A stretch of DNA of 64,000 bases, taken from contig OX597814.1 of the NCBI GenBank assembly GCA_951406725.2, positions 194,060,001-194,124,000 of the forward strand, written 5' to 3'. The position numbers and the translations under genes are program-made. This stretch comes from Octopus vulgaris. Taxonomy: Eukaryota. The notes below the pieces were generated by a model. That model did no database searches. It saw only the letters and a program-made list of their open reading frames with translations, and was not told where the DNA came from. The stretch's first letter is position 1. Every line of letters begins with the position of its first letter. Of this stretch, positions 1 to 13,680 are shown in pieces.

Positions 1-944
1 AATATCTTTACTTACTCATTACAAAGGTCTTAAATTGTATAGTAATAGCTTAACCGTGTATAGCGCCATTTCATCCTTATTTGAAGCCATCGGCATGACA
101 CAACCATCTTTTTCTTTTATAAGGTCAATCCTTCATTCAGTCCTTCCTTCTTCCAAAGTATCTTAACCCTCTGTCTCTATATCAACTCTCTCTTTCTTCT
201 ACGCACCTTCTACATTTGATGATATTGTGACGGTGACACTTCATAAGATCTCTCGGCTGAGTTTTTCCATTGTTTCTACACTGTAAGACTTTTTACCAGC
301 CGATCTACAAGCTATTTCTCAGTCGTCATCACACAAGAACTCTGCCATTTTATGTCACCCGTATATCACAAGAACTTTCGCAGTTAGTATTCTACTAAAC
401 TATTCTACAGATCTTCTACCGTGTCCAAATTTTTCAATTTTGTGTTTCTGTAGTGATTTTTTTTTTTTTTTATTGATCTTTACCTCACCATTTCATCCAT
501 ATTGAAAATGTATTCAACAACAACAAAAAAAGCTACTGCCAAGAAAACGAAGTAATTTTTACTTATATTTTTAATATAATGCTTTTCTTTCTTTCGAATA
601 ATTTTTTTAATGAAACAATAAAAAGATTTTTTAAAAAACAACAACAACGTTACTTATTTCTCTTGTATCTGTATTTTTGTTCATAAGCTTTACTGTATGT
701 TAAAAAATGATTATTCTTACAGTTGAAACCTAAAAACAAGGAAGCTAATGTACGGACAGGATTGGCGTGAGGAAAAACAAAATTAAAATCTGAAGATTTT
801 TGTAGTGAAGTGTAACAGCAGAACAAAGGGGGAAAGAACAATGTATAAATATGCAACATGAAAGAAGTTTGTGCCCCACAAGGAAAGGTGAAATTCGTTT
901 CTTTGAATGAGGGCTCTACCGAAACCTCAAACTTAACATCGTCA

Positions 945-1262
945 AAATACCTATTTCTTTATTACCCACAAGAGGCTAAACTCAGAGAGGACAAACAAGG
1001 ACAGACAAACGGATTAAGTCGATTATATCGACCCCAGTGCGTAACTGGTACTTATTTAATCGATTCCGAAAGGATGAAAGGCAAAGTCGACCTCGGCGGA
1101 ATTTGAACTCAGAACGTAAAGACAGACGAAATACGGCTACGCATTTCGCCCGGCGTGCTAACGTTTCTGCCAGCTCGCTGCCCAAAACGGATGAACGTAA
1201 AGACGGACGAAATGCCGCTAAGCATTTTGCCCGGCTTGCTAACAATTCTGCCAGCTCACCGT
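945..1262 (-). mobile_element. tRNA-derived SINE family A (Meta-domain-like core)
   Basis: Head ggcgagctggcagaatcgttagc, core gcctttcatcctttcggggtcgataaattaagtaccag; other copies at about 1570-1970, 24925-25110, 29340-29565, 37610-37845, 41470-41667, 43530-43765, 44815-45020, 53558-53775. Confidence 0.85.
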
Positions 1263-2610
1263 CTAAGCCATGCCATTATCAATAAATAATTGATTAATGA
1301 ATATAGATGAAACTCTATACGAGTTCGATATTAACAGAAGATGGGTAGAACACCGAACATTTTGAAGATGTTTTATTTCCTTGGTACTCTCAATAATTCT
1401 GAAAAATGCATGGACGTCACACAACTTCATTTTTGTTTCGAAGACGATAACGACACAGCTGGCATTAAGTTGAAATAAATTTACCTTTTCCACAGAACCA
1501 GCTGGGATTTGAACACTGCGCGTAAAACTTGAAAAAAAAAAAAAAAAGAAAAAAGACAATAACGGAACAGATTTTGGTACAAGGCCAGAAGTTTAGGGGA
1601 GGGATTAAGTCGATTACATCGACCTCAATGTTCGACTAGGACTTATTTTATGAACCCGAAAGGATGAAAGCAAAGTCGACTTCGGCGGAATTTGAACTCA
1701 GAACGTAAGGTGCCGCTAAGAATTTTGCCTGGCATGTTAAGAATACTTATTTCTTTACTACCCACAAGGGGCTAAACACAGAGAGGACAAACAAACGGAT
1801 TAAGTCGATTACATCGACCCCAGTGCGTAACTGGTACTTAATTTATCGACCCCGAAAGGATAAAAGGCACAGTCGACCTCGGCGGAATTTGAACTCAGAA
1901 CGTAAGAACAGATGTAGTGCTGCTAAATATTTTGTCTGGCGTGTTAAGGATACTGCTAGTTCGTCGCCACTCGTGATTAGGGTGGTGGAGCTGGTAGAGT
2001 CGTTGAAGCGTCGGAACAAGCATCGTGACATTTGTTGCGGCTCTTTACGATTGTAAAGTCGTGAGTTCGATATCCGGCGGCGCGTTGTGTTCTTTAGCAT
2101 GACACTTTATTCTGCAATGCTCCAGTCCAATCAGCTGATAAAAATGAGTTCTACCTGTATTTCTAAGGGTCAGCCTTGTCGCATTCTGTGTCACATTGAA
2201 TCTCCCCGAGGACTACGTTAAGGGTACACGTGCTTGTAGAGTGCTTAGTTATTTGCACGTTAATTTCACGAGCAGGCTGTTCCGTTGATCGGGTCAACCG
2301 GAACCCTCGTCGTCGTAACCGACGGAGTGTCAGTTTAATGTTTGTACTATTTGCAGAAACTTTCTGACAGGAATGGCGACAAGAACGCTTGTGATGCAAC
2401 TCTTGACCTGGCGCTAAACAACAATAACACTGCTAACAACGACTACAACCATTTAGTAAGACACTGAACCGTATGTGTCACTAGTAGCTTGCTTACGAAC
2501 CAAATGGTTCCGGGTTCAGTCCCACTGCATGGCATCTTGGGCAAGTGTCTTTTACTAAAACCTCGGGCCGACCTAAACTTTGCGAGTGGACTTTTTGGAC
2601 GGAAACTGAA

Positions 2611-2825
2611 ACTCTTTTACTCTTTTACTTGTTTTAGTCATTTGACTGTGGCCATGCTGGAGCACCGCCTTTAGTCGAGCAAATCGACCCCAGGACTTAT
2701 TCTTTGTACGCCTAGTACTTATTATTCTATCGGTCTCTTTTGTCGAACCGCTAAGTTACGGACACGTAAACACGCCAGCATCGGTTGTCAAGCGATGTGG
2801 GGGGGGGGCAAATACAGACACACAA

Positions 2826-2907
<82 letters not shown>

Positions 2908-3068
2908 ATACATATATACGACGGGCTTCTTTCAGTTTCCGTCCAAAAAGTCCACTCGCAAGGCTTAGGTCGGCCCGAGGTTTTAGTAAAAGACACTTGC
3001 CCAAGGTGCCACGCAGTGGGACTGAACCCGGAACCATGTGGTTGGTAAGCAAGCTACTTACCACAATG
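2611..3068 (-). mobile_element. tRNA-derived SINE family B (CORE-like ccttgggcaagt, internal TA/TG microsatellite, (AAAAGAGT)n tail)
   Basis: Other copies at about 6660-7150, 7858-8280, 19075-19453, 21776-22176, 22617-23008, 25375-25775, 30900-31210, 32125-32485, 42587-43002, 44430-44795, 46320-46605, 58340-58740, 59095-59508. Confidence 0.88.
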
Positions 3069-3746
3069 CCACTGTTGACGATTCTACAAGCTCATTAGTA
3101 GCTTTGTTTTAAATATAAAATTCCTTCTAACTTTGACACGAGGCTTGAAATTTTGGGAGTGGGACCAGTAGATTACATTGACTCCAAAATGATATTTATT
3201 TTATCAACCCCGAAGTGATGAAAGGCACGGTTGACCTTGAAGGAATTTGAACGGCGAAAGTAAAGAACAAGAAGAAATATCGCTAAGTATTATGTTCGGC
3301 GTGCTAACGATTCCGCCAGCTTGCCGACTTTTGTTTTAAATTATAACACGACAGGAAAACAGTTACATTGTATGTCAAAACAATAAATTCTGGAATTCGT
3401 TAGAAGAGAAATATATCAGGCTTTCTGGGGATCATTTAATAAATATAACAATTAGGGCTCACATTACTATACAGTTGTATAACCAAGTCTAAGGGTGCGT
3501 TTTATTGTCATCGTTGTGGGTGAGGGGAGCAGTGGGGGGAGAGTGGTAGAGGTGGTGCTGGTGGTTGTGATGCTTATAGTGATGGTGATGATGGCGGGGA
3601 CGGGGATGATTCTGGTGGCGGTGCTGCTGTTGGTAGTTGTGATGTTGGTGGCGATGGTGGTGTTAATGGCAATGTTAACGGTCGCGGTAGAAGATGCATT
3701 ATCAGTCACGATGGCGCTGGTGGTTGTGTTAATAATAACGGTGATG

Positions 3747-4345
3747 AAGGTGGCGAGCTGGCAGAATCGTTAGCACACCGGGCGAAATGCGTAGCCGTAT
3801 TTCGTCTGCCGTTACGTTCTGAGTTCAAATTCCGCCGAGGTCGACTTTGCCTTTCATCCTTTCGGGGTCGATAAATTAAGTACCAGTTACACCCTGGGGT
3901 CAATATAATCGACTTAATCCGTTTGTCTGTCCTTGTTCGTCCCCTCTGTGTTTAGCTCCTTGTGGGTAATAAAGAAATAGGTATTTCGTCTGCCGTTACG
4001 TTCTGAGTTCAAATTCCGCCGAGGTCGACTTTGCCTTTCATCCTTTCGGGGTTGATTAAATAAGTACCAGTTACGCACTGGGGTCGATATAATCGACTTA
4101 ATCCGTTTGTTTGTCCTTGTTTGTCCCCTCTGTGTTTAGCCCCTCGTGGGCAATAAAGAAATAAGAAACGTTAGCACGCCGGGCAAAATGCTTAGCGAAA
4201 TTTCGTCTGCCTTTGTGTTCTGAGTTCAAATTCCACCGAGGTCGACTTTGCCTTTCATCCTTTCGGAATCGATAAATTAAATACCAGTTGCGTACTGATG
4301 TCAATCTAATCGATTGGCTGTCTCCCCAAAAATTTCGGGCCTTGT
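3747..4345 (+). mobile_element. SINE family A tandem trimer
   Basis: Three head-to-tail units; similar arrays at 56594-56950, 60590-61215 and 63740-64000. Confidence 0.85.
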
Positions 4346-5262
4346 GCCTAGAGTAGAAAAGAATAACAGCAGCGGCGGTGGTGGTGGTGGTGGTGGTGTT
4401 GGTGGTGGTGGTGGTAGTCATCGTCGTCGTTGTCTTTGCGAAGCTAATAATAATAGTAGCCGCATTCACGCTAGTGATGCCAATGATGGAGTGGGAGCGA
4501 AGGTGGTGGGGATTAATAAAGATGATGGTGGAGACGGTGGCGTTGTAATGAAGAAGTAGGTGGTGGTGATGACGTTCATGATAGTGATGATGATGATGGC
4601 AGTTCAAATAATGGCTACGCGCGTTCTGACAGAGTTGATGCGTATGTTGTGAGGAGAAGAAAGAAAGGCGGCTTTGCCGTTGATGTTATCGTTGTTGTTG
4701 TTGCTGCTGTTGTTATTGTTGTTGTTGAGAAATGGGCAATAAGTTTAGTTGATTAATGGAGGAAACAAGTAGACAAAGGACCGGAAATTTGACCAGACAA
4801 ATTGGAGGGAATATACGAAGCCTGTCGTCTGCCGAATAATAAAACAGCGACGTACAAACACACACATGCACGCACACACACATGCACACATACATACATA
4901 CATAAATATGTATGTACGTATAATTTTGTATCAACAAGATGGTTGACTGAATTTCTCAGGGGCGGCGTGCCGCGTAATAAATACAAATACAACAGGGTTT
5001 CGAATATGTAATAGAATGTACCGAAACACTTAGATCAACTGAGACTATCTATGCAATTTGTAAACAAAAACTCACGCCAAGCAAATGAGTTCAATAAGTT
5101 CAATTAATGGAAATTTTTCGAAAAAAATGCAATATGGGAGTGAATCTCGTCTTTATACAGCCAATAGTGAAAACTAGGAACATATATCGGTTTTATTAAA
5201 CATCCTCAGCGAAGTATATTCGTCTCAGTAAAAGATGCTATACAAAAGAGTTATATAAAAGA

Positions 5263-5329
<67 letters not shown>

Positions 5330-6046
5330 CATTAATAAATAAACTAAAACATATGCATGTATATAAACATATATGTACGTACCTACCTCTACATGTACAT
5401 ATACACGCATATATGAGTACAGGACACCAAAAGGACGTCGAACACAATGAGAAACGAAAACATAGACACAAACCAAAGGAACTGGACATTTATTTAAAAA
5501 CAGCAAAAAAATAGAGTACAGGACAATTAACACAAAGAAAAAAACCCTTCTTCAGTCGCTAAAGGTTTCATCTACTTTACGTTTCGAATGATAAAAGCGA
5601 GACGTATCTTCGACAAGAAAACTTTCCTTCCTGCGAAAAGCAAATCTTTTCGCAGAGGGGTAAAAAATGGTAAAAACAGGACTGTGACGACAGTACAAAT
5701 TGTAAACAGTAAAGGACAGGACAAGAAAAAACAAGAAGGGCTGTTATATCACCGTGACCGACCAGGCTATCAGATGTTGCTAAACATCGCTGGTCACAAT
5801 GCGCTTCGCATTGTTTTAGCCTTCAAATGACCCCACCCCGCTGGCTAAGCGAGCAGGCCATCAGAAGAAAGAGTGAGAGGAAGCTGTGGCGAAAGAGTAC
5901 AACAGGGTTCGCCACCCCACCCTGCCGGAGCCTCGTGAAGCTTTAGGTGTTTTCGCTCAATAAACACTCACAACGCCCGACCTGGGAGTCGAAACCGCGA
6001 TCCTACGACCGCGAGTCCGCTGCCCTAACCACTGGGCCATTGCACC

Positions 6047-6088
<42 letters not shown>

Positions 6089-6092
<4 letters not shown>

Positions 6093-6505
6093 AAAATTAA
6101 GAGGAATGACCACTAAAGTGGACACCTAATATGCTAAACATAGATGTGAAATTGCGATTACCACGAAGAATGTGTTCTCAAGAAAAACCTCACGAAAACG
6201 ACAAAATGTAAAAATGAGCAACACAGATGAAAATATACGAAATAAAAAACGATTACCTACGTACCAATGGTTTCACTTGTTAATGTCATTTTTACATTTT
6301 GGCGTTTTGCTGAGATTTTTCTTGAAAACACATTCTTCGTGGTAATGGCGATTTGATGTCTATGTTTAGCAATTAGGCTGTCCACTTTTAGTGGTCATTC
6401 CTCTTAATTTTGTATGTAACACAATTTTTAATCTTCGGATTTTTTAAATATGCTAAGCCATTGGTTTTAATTGATTAATATCAATTTCTACCCTTATTAT
6501 TTAAT
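6089..6505. repeat. Asymmetric inverted repeat in microsatellite (Penelope pLTR-like remnant)
   Basis: Arms about 6089-6217 and 6286-6414; 3' half of an HHR (GAAA CCA u UGG UA) on minus at the inner junction. Confidence 0.6.
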
Positions 6506-6585
<80 letters not shown>

Positions 6586-6618
6586 CATAATTAAATAATA
6601 AGGGTAGAAATACATACA

Positions 6619-6649
<31 letters not shown>

Positions 6650-6890
6650 GTTCTTTTCTTTTTTTATTCTTTTACTTAGTTCAGTCATTTGACCGCGGCC
6701 ATGCTGGAGCACCGACTTTAGTCGAACAAATCGACCCCTGGACTTATACTTTGTAAGCCTAGTATTTATTCTGGCGTTCTGTTTTGCCGAACCACTAAGT
6801 TACGGGGACGTAAACACACCAATATCAGTTGTCAAGTCATGGTGGTGGAGACAAACACAAACACAAAAATACATACATTCATGTGTGTGT

Positions 6891-6985
<95 letters not shown>

Positions 6986-8645
6986 CGACGGGCTTCTTTC
7001 AGTTTCCGCCTACCAAATCCACTCACAAGGCTTTGGTCGACCCGAGGCTATAGTAGAAGACACTTGCCCAAGGTGCCACGTAGAGGGACTGAACCTGGAA
7101 CCATGTGGTTGGTAAGCAAGCTTCTTACACTCAGCTACTCCGACGCCTATATATATATATCTTATTACGAAATATGCCAAGGGCTTCCTTTCATACATCA
7201 TTTCAATATTGACAATTCTTGTCAATCCTACAGAAATCTGAACCGCAGGTTTCCAGAAGGTTCTGCTTGTCATATCGTCAACGGAAGAACATGAATTTAT
7301 GTTGAATTCCTTTAAATTTGTTCCTTATTTACCAAATTACAGCTGCATCCTCTAAAAATGACCAGACATCCGTTTTATAATTCGGTTGACTTGAAACTAC
7401 ATCTATGGGGCTTTTCTCTTTTTTCTTGTTCTTTTTTAATGCAGGCTTCCCCCACGTTTCCTTTGTTGATGTGGGATTTGCAGCTTGGTTTAGAACTGTG
7501 AATGGTGCCTTGTTTTGGTAGTTTTCCAACCTTTTTGAACGGGTACGAAATATAACTCCCTTAACGGGATATGTTGCACCAAATATCTTTCCACTGCCTC
7601 TAGCCTTTGAACACTGGATATTCTGGAGGTTGCTACAAAAGGACATTATTTGCCCGGCCTGTTAGAAATGACAACCAATTTTCACTCAAAGGAAATCTCC
7701 CTACCGCAGTGTTGGTTGATCTTTTGACTTCGAAACACACTGGAGATCAAACAACTATTTACTCAGAATATATTAAATAAAAACAAACTAAGAAGAAATT
7801 ACAGGCACATTTTACATGAGACGATACCAAATAAGAGATGGTTTAAAAATTTTAAATCTCTTTTACTCTTTTACTTGTTTCAGTCATTTGACTGTGGCCA
7901 TGCTGGAGCACCGCCTTTAGTCGAGCAAATCGACCCCAGGACTTATTCTTTGTAAGCCTAGTATGCCTAGTACTTATTCTATCGGTATCTTTTGCCGAAC
8001 CGCTAGGTTACGGGGACGTAAACACACCAGCATCGTTTATCAAGCGATGCTGGGGGGACAAACAGACGCACAAACATACATACACACACACGTACATATA
8101 TATATGCATATATACGACGGACTTCTTTCAGTTTCCGTTTACCAAATCCACTCACAAGGCTTAGGTCGGCCCGAGGCTAGAGTAGAAGACACTTGCCCAA
8201 GGTGCCACGCAGTGGGACTGAACCCAGAACCATGTGGTTGGTAAGCAAACTACTTACCACACAGCCGCTCCTACGCCTATCTGGAGAAAATATTTTATTA
8301 ATCACACTTGTATTAAGGCAGCGTGCTGGTAGAATCGATAGCACTTAGGACAGGATGCTTAGGAATAATTCTTCTGGTTCTTTACGCTTTGAGCTCAAAG
8401 ACTTTTATTTTATGTATCTAAGATTCGCAGAACAAGGGGATAGTACCTATGGCTTTTGCATGAAGGAGAGAGCTCAACAAATCAGCAACAGTCCTTCTGA
8501 CATATTTCCATATACGTTCCGTCAACGTTAGATCAGTCACAAGGCTTCTTTCGACCCGAGATAAGGACAGGAAACACTTGGCCAATCATTCTCCGAACCA
8601 CATGTCTACAAAGGAAACTTTTTCACCCACAAATACTGTATTACG

Positions 8646-8862
8646 TAGGGTGTTCAAAAAGTCTCTCCGCAGTAAGTATTTTATTGCTAAATGAATATTT
8701 AAAAGATGGTATAAGACTACAAAAGAATATATTAGACTTTACAAGACTTTAAAAAACTTTATAAGAGGTGTTGAAAGTGTCATCCTTCATTTTTAATACA
8801 TAAAATTTAATTTCTTTTTTACTGCCGTGTGAGCACTGCGGAGAGACTTTTTGAACGCCCTG
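8646..8862. mobile_element. Tc1/mariner MITE
   Basis: TIR AGGGTGTTCAAAAAGTCTCTCCGCAGT / ACTGCGGAGAGACTTTTTGAACGCCCTG. Confidence 0.75.
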
Positions 8863-9465
8863 TATATAACCAACAACGTGTGTGTGTGTCTGTCTGTCTG
8901 TGTCTGTGTTTCTGTGTCTATCTGTCTGTCTGTGTGTGTGTCTGTGTGTCTGTGTGTGTGTGTGTGAGTGATCTGACTTGGATAGTTGTAGAATAAAAGC
9001 GAAGTACTTGACTTGCGTATATTATTTAATACAAAGGTAGAGAATTGAACAGATTCGTCAGCGCGCTGCAAACAAATATTCGTTCCGGACCCTTAGGTCC
9101 GAGTTCAAATCCCACTTAGGTCAAATCCACCTTTCACCTTCTCATCTAAAAGCCAATAAAGTACTGGAAAGGGGTGGAGTAGGGGGTAAATTCTCTTCCT
9201 CTTTCTCTCACTTATTCTCACATGAAGGACAAGGTCCCCGAAGTTTTTTTCCAATTTCAATTGTCTCACAGTAATTGATCTTGTGGATAATTCTTCTCAA
9301 TTGATTGATTTGACAATGCTGACCATTACAAATTTCTTCGGATTTTGGTAATGAATCAATGACGAACAAAGAATTACTAAGAGCAACAATTACGTGTAGC
9401 TCCAAGCACAGCTTTGGTGAAGTACCAACTCGGAGGTACGTATCGATATGGTAAATATATATATA

Positions 9466-9865
9466 CTAGCAGTTAATCCCGGTTTCACCCGGTCTGTTTG
9501 GATAATGTGGCTGTGTTCATTTTCGGTTAGGCATAATCTGTAAGAGCGTTTCTCAACCTTATCATTTCGGGTCCCCTGTTTCGATTGGAGCCTCCAGCTG
9601 TAGGAAAATTTCCTGACCCCACCCCGTCAGAAAAACAGCTTCTAAGCTACTGATTGTTTTAATGGCGGAAGAAAGTGGGGAATTCCATTAGTAAACGATT
9701 TCATCGATTTTCTCGGTAAGTATGGGGGCTAGGGAAAAAATACAAACCGCATTCCAATCTATGCACCCGTCTCCACATGTGCCATTTTTCACGTGAATCC
9801 ACCCAGCCGTTTGGCTGTGAACCTCAAGACAAGAAAGAATACAACGATCGCCCATGTCCAATTTA

Positions 9866-9870
<5 letters not shown>
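9466..9870 (-). mobile_element. Non-autonomous Helitron-like element
   Basis: 3' ccgggtgaaaccggg hairpin followed by CTAG|T on the minus strand. Confidence 0.5.
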
Positions 9871-9921
<51 letters not shown>

Positions 9922-9927
<6 letters not shown>

Positions 9928-10250
9928 TTAATAATATCAGGGTAATAAAGATTTTAGAAATTTTCACTACCAGTGGCCTAGCGTATAGAGAAATTATATA
10001 TTATTCATATAAAATACAGTGTACATTTAAACACATAAAGAGGCTTCCATCATAGGAATCCCTTACGCTAGAAAGAACAACTAAAATAAGTCAGAAACCA
10101 TGGTCCAGGAAATAGATGGTAAATGCTTTTATTTTTCATTCCCTTCCAGAATTTTTCCCTAATTAGTTGTTTGGACTTTAGCTGTTCTTTCTAGAGTAAG
10201 GGATTCCTATGATGGTAACCTCTTAATGTGTTTAAATGTACACTGTATTT
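9922..10250. repeat. Asymmetric inverted repeat in (TA)n (Penelope pLTR-like remnant)
   Basis: Arms about 10011-10086 and 10177-10250; GAAACCATGGTC at about 10095. Confidence 0.6.
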
Positions 10251-10653
10251 TATATATATATATGCATGCATACATACATACATTCACTGGATATGGGATA
10301 CGTAACACGCTGCCTAAATACCAATCTTGAGAAATTTGGCTTCTCAAAACCAAAATAGTGAAAGCTAATTCAAAGACTATAGACCCAAGCCATCACTGGA
10401 AGTGTAAAAAAATCTGTAAAACTTTCCAGAAGTCTATCATATAAGTATATATGAGCGTGTCTAGATATGCAAGTGTATGCGTGAGAAAACATACATAAAA
10501 CAAAACATATAAATCTGCATATATACATACATACAAAAATACCCTGTTGTTATGTTGAAATTCCAATGAAGGAGACTTGGATCTAGGTTAACAACCAGCT
10601 CTTTATTGGCAAGAAATCTTGAAATCAAACTGAATAATGACATACATACATAT

Positions 10654-10684
<31 letters not shown>

Positions 10685-10716
10685 TACATACATACATACA
10701 TACATACATACATACA

Positions 10717-10750
<34 letters not shown>

Positions 10751-11164
10751 CATAATTTCTTATCTATGTACAAGACTAAAAATTTAATTTATAGTGAAGA
10801 GAAATGAGATAATGTGGATGGTATTTTTACCTTTTTTTAATACATTACTGTCACACATGAATTGACTTGAAGCACTGAACCGAAACCTACTCATACTTTG
10901 CTTTCTGTTCTCTGTGGCTGCGCTAAATTTCTTTACCTTTTTTTTCGTAGATTTGCTTGCTTTTTGTTCTACATTTCTGTGAATCTAATTAACACTTCTC
11001 ACTCAAAAATGCTTTCTTCATATTTTGGCAATTTTTTCTTCTTTTTTTTTTTTTTTTTTTTGGAAAAAATGTATGGTTCGTATTTTTAGCCTGTAAAGAA
11101 AAAAAAAAGAATCTTAATTTTTCTTACATAATGTCTGGAGAGAATTCACCTCTGGATATTGCCA

Positions 11165-11495
11165 GAGATGATGATGATGATGATGATGATGGTAGTGGTG
11201 GTGCTGGTGGTGGTGGTGGTGGTGGTGGTGGTGATGACGACGACGATGATGATGGTGATGACGACGACGACGACAACGACGATGACGATGAGGATGATGA
11301 TGGTGGTGGTGATGATGATGATGATGATGATGGTGGTGATGATGATGATGATGATGATGATGATGGTGGTGATGATGATCATCATGATCATGATCATGAT
11401 GATGATGGTGATGATGATGATGATAATGATGATGATGATGATGATGATGGTGGTGGTGATGACGACGACGACGACGACGATGACGATGATGATGA
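11165..11495. repeat. Compound (GAT/GAC/GGT)n trinucleotide tract
   Basis: Direct reading. Confidence 0.9.
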
Positions 11496-11571
11496 TGTGT
11501 GTGTGTGTGTGTGGAAAATCAGAAATTCTTTTCTATAAGTATATTAATTCTATATTCAACAATCTTTTTAG

Positions 11572-12074
11572 TGGTCGAACAACTGGCGTATGACGAAGTA
11601 ATGACGACGGCAGCTACAGATTTTCAACAACTACGGAAACAACAACAACAACAGCAGCAACAGCAGCAGCAGCAACAACAACAACAACAACAATATGAAT
11701 CTTCAGCTACACCTGGTGTTTTCCAAAGCAGATGTCCGTATTCGTTTCCACCCGTCGAACCAGATTTACCTACTTTACCATCGAATATCCAACGAGAGTT
11801 CAGAGGAAACTTAACGAAATTCCTGTTCCGGTGCGTCGACCTATGGAATGCGCATGAAAAAGAATACTTCTTCCGAGACGGTATAAATAACTTGCACCAA
11901 GATGACCCTAAACTCTTTGACAACCGAAGCTGGTCGGAAGAATCAATGTCGCTATATTTACCTGCCAGCAAGCAGAAGCTTGTGGCTACGTCTTCGGGAG
12001 CAAAAACCCAAATCAGAAGACACTTAAGCGCGTATTTCTTAGCATTTGTAATAATAGTCTTATTCGTTGTGTAG
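11572..12074 (+). CDS. Probable terminal coding exon of an unidentified membrane- or GPI-anchored protein with a polyQ tract
   Basis: Polypyrimidine acceptor ctttttag|TG; about 167 codons of non-repetitive protein-like sequence; ends SSGAKTQIRRHLSAYFLAFVIIVLFVV*; upstream exons not found. Confidence 0.6.
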
Positions 12075-12226
12075 TATCAATGTTAGCCACCGAAAACTGT
12101 GCCTTGCTGCTAGTTGTTCCGGATGTTCTTATTGTTATTGTTGTAGTTTTCATTCCCCCCAGATTTAATAGTCAACCTGATCTGATAGACATTATTGTAT
12201 TTCTCCGGTGTATAAGTCGATGTAGT

Positions 12227-12595
12227 ATCTCTATATATATAAACGGCAAAATAAATGTGTGTGTGTGTGTGTGTGTGTGTCCTTTATACAAATCCACAAT
12301 TTTTCAGTTAGAGGGCTCGCACTTTCTATGGTTATTCAAAACCGTCCAAGGGTGGTCGTGCACATCTTTACATTTCCCCAGTCACCCCGCAAAGCCATTA
12401 AAAAATCAATAGAAGTGACTTTTTTGTGAACTTTCTATCCAAAACCCAATCAAAATGCCTGAAACTTGATACACTAATTGAATGCCAGCTAACTGTATGT
12501 GATTGGTCGGAGATTTGGACAGTACTCGCGTGTATGTGCGCACGCACGCAGCTGTATATGCATGCACTAGCACTATGACCCGGTTAATAGTACTA
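12227..12595 (+). mobile_element. Non-autonomous Helitron-like element
   Basis: 5' TCTCTATATATATAAA..., 3' ...CTAG|T. Confidence 0.55.
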
Positions 12596-13199
12596 GTGTA
12601 GTGTAAACGTGTAGCGTAAACATTCAAGCATCGTCACTAATGTTCCAAATCCCACTACATTTCACATGAAATTTTGGTGGGGCTCCAAAGTGGCCTTGGT
12701 ATATAAGTCGAGCTACCTTTTCTTTTACTGTAAATTTTCCGAAAAATTCGACTTGTATTCCAGAAAATATTGTTTGAGGACAACTTGACAATATATTGTG
12801 AAAAAACAATTTGATATTTAAAGTTAAAGAATATAGAGTTTTATGAATATGCGCGCATGGTAAACATGTCTGCTAGTATCATATATAATTTAATTTATTT
12901 CAACAGACTGTATTTTAATTTATGAAATCAACAGCAAAAACTCTGTAACTGCCATTTCTACCATCATTAGTTATAAACAAAAGAGGGAGAGAGAGAGAGC
13001 ATAGTAGTTAATAAATAACGAAAGAATATGCATTACGTAATTACCCTCATTAGCTAATGAATGTGATTGTGTAATTAATGCTATTTTGTCATTCATTAAT
13101 TGATATTATGCTCTGTTCTCTCCTAACGTTTTACTTTAGCACTTAAGTATATTGAGTATATATACATATATATATATATAAATTCTATAATTATAAGCA

Positions 13200-13238
<39 letters not shown>

Positions 13239-13257
13239 AATAAATATAAGAGAGTGG

Positions 13258-13316
<59 letters not shown>

Positions 13317-13425
13317 TGGCCTGCTCGCTTAGCCGGCGGGGTGGCGTCATTCGAAGGCTAAAACAATGCGAACGCATTGTGACCAGCGATGTGTAGCAAC
13401 ATCTGATGGTCTGGTCGGTCACGTG

Positions 13426-13462
<37 letters not shown>

Positions 13463-13483
13463 CATACATATATATATACATAC

Positions 13484-13557
<74 letters not shown>

Positions 13558-13641
13558 AATCCAAACGGGAAACAAAAAAACAACAACAAGGGAACAATTA
13601 CAGTATTATTATTAATAGGCGCTCAGGAAATGGAAGCAGGG

Positions 13642-13680
13642 AGGTATGACGTTTCGAGCGGAGCTCTTCGTCGGAAACAT
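13642..13680 (-). ncRNA. Minimal type I hammerhead-like motif (U4C core, CCGACGA) in the Penelope pLTR
   Basis: AUGUUU-CCGACGA-A-GAGC ucc GCUC-GAAA-CG-UC-AUAC; weak stem I. Confidence 0.55.

Noticed and set aside
5540-5590. GAAACGUA...CUGAAGAAG on minus strand as a hammerhead
   Set aside because: Core words are present but I could not pair stem I or stem II; possibly a decayed pLTR motif
7329-7646. 105-aa minus-strand ORF
   Set aside because: No recognisable motif or splice context
9320-9436. Possible upstream exon for the 11572 exon (donor-like ggag|gtacgt)
   Set aside because: No acceptor in the open frame, and phase 2 does not match the phase-1 acceptor
11131-11593. Poly-Asp / poly-Met ORFs
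   Set aside because: Trinucleotide microsatellite upstream of the 11572 acceptor; no independent coding evidence
11725-11850. Resemblance of QSRCPYSFP to FAM155/NALF (QTRCPFILP)
   Set aside because: Flanking cysteine pattern and spacing do not match; too weak to name
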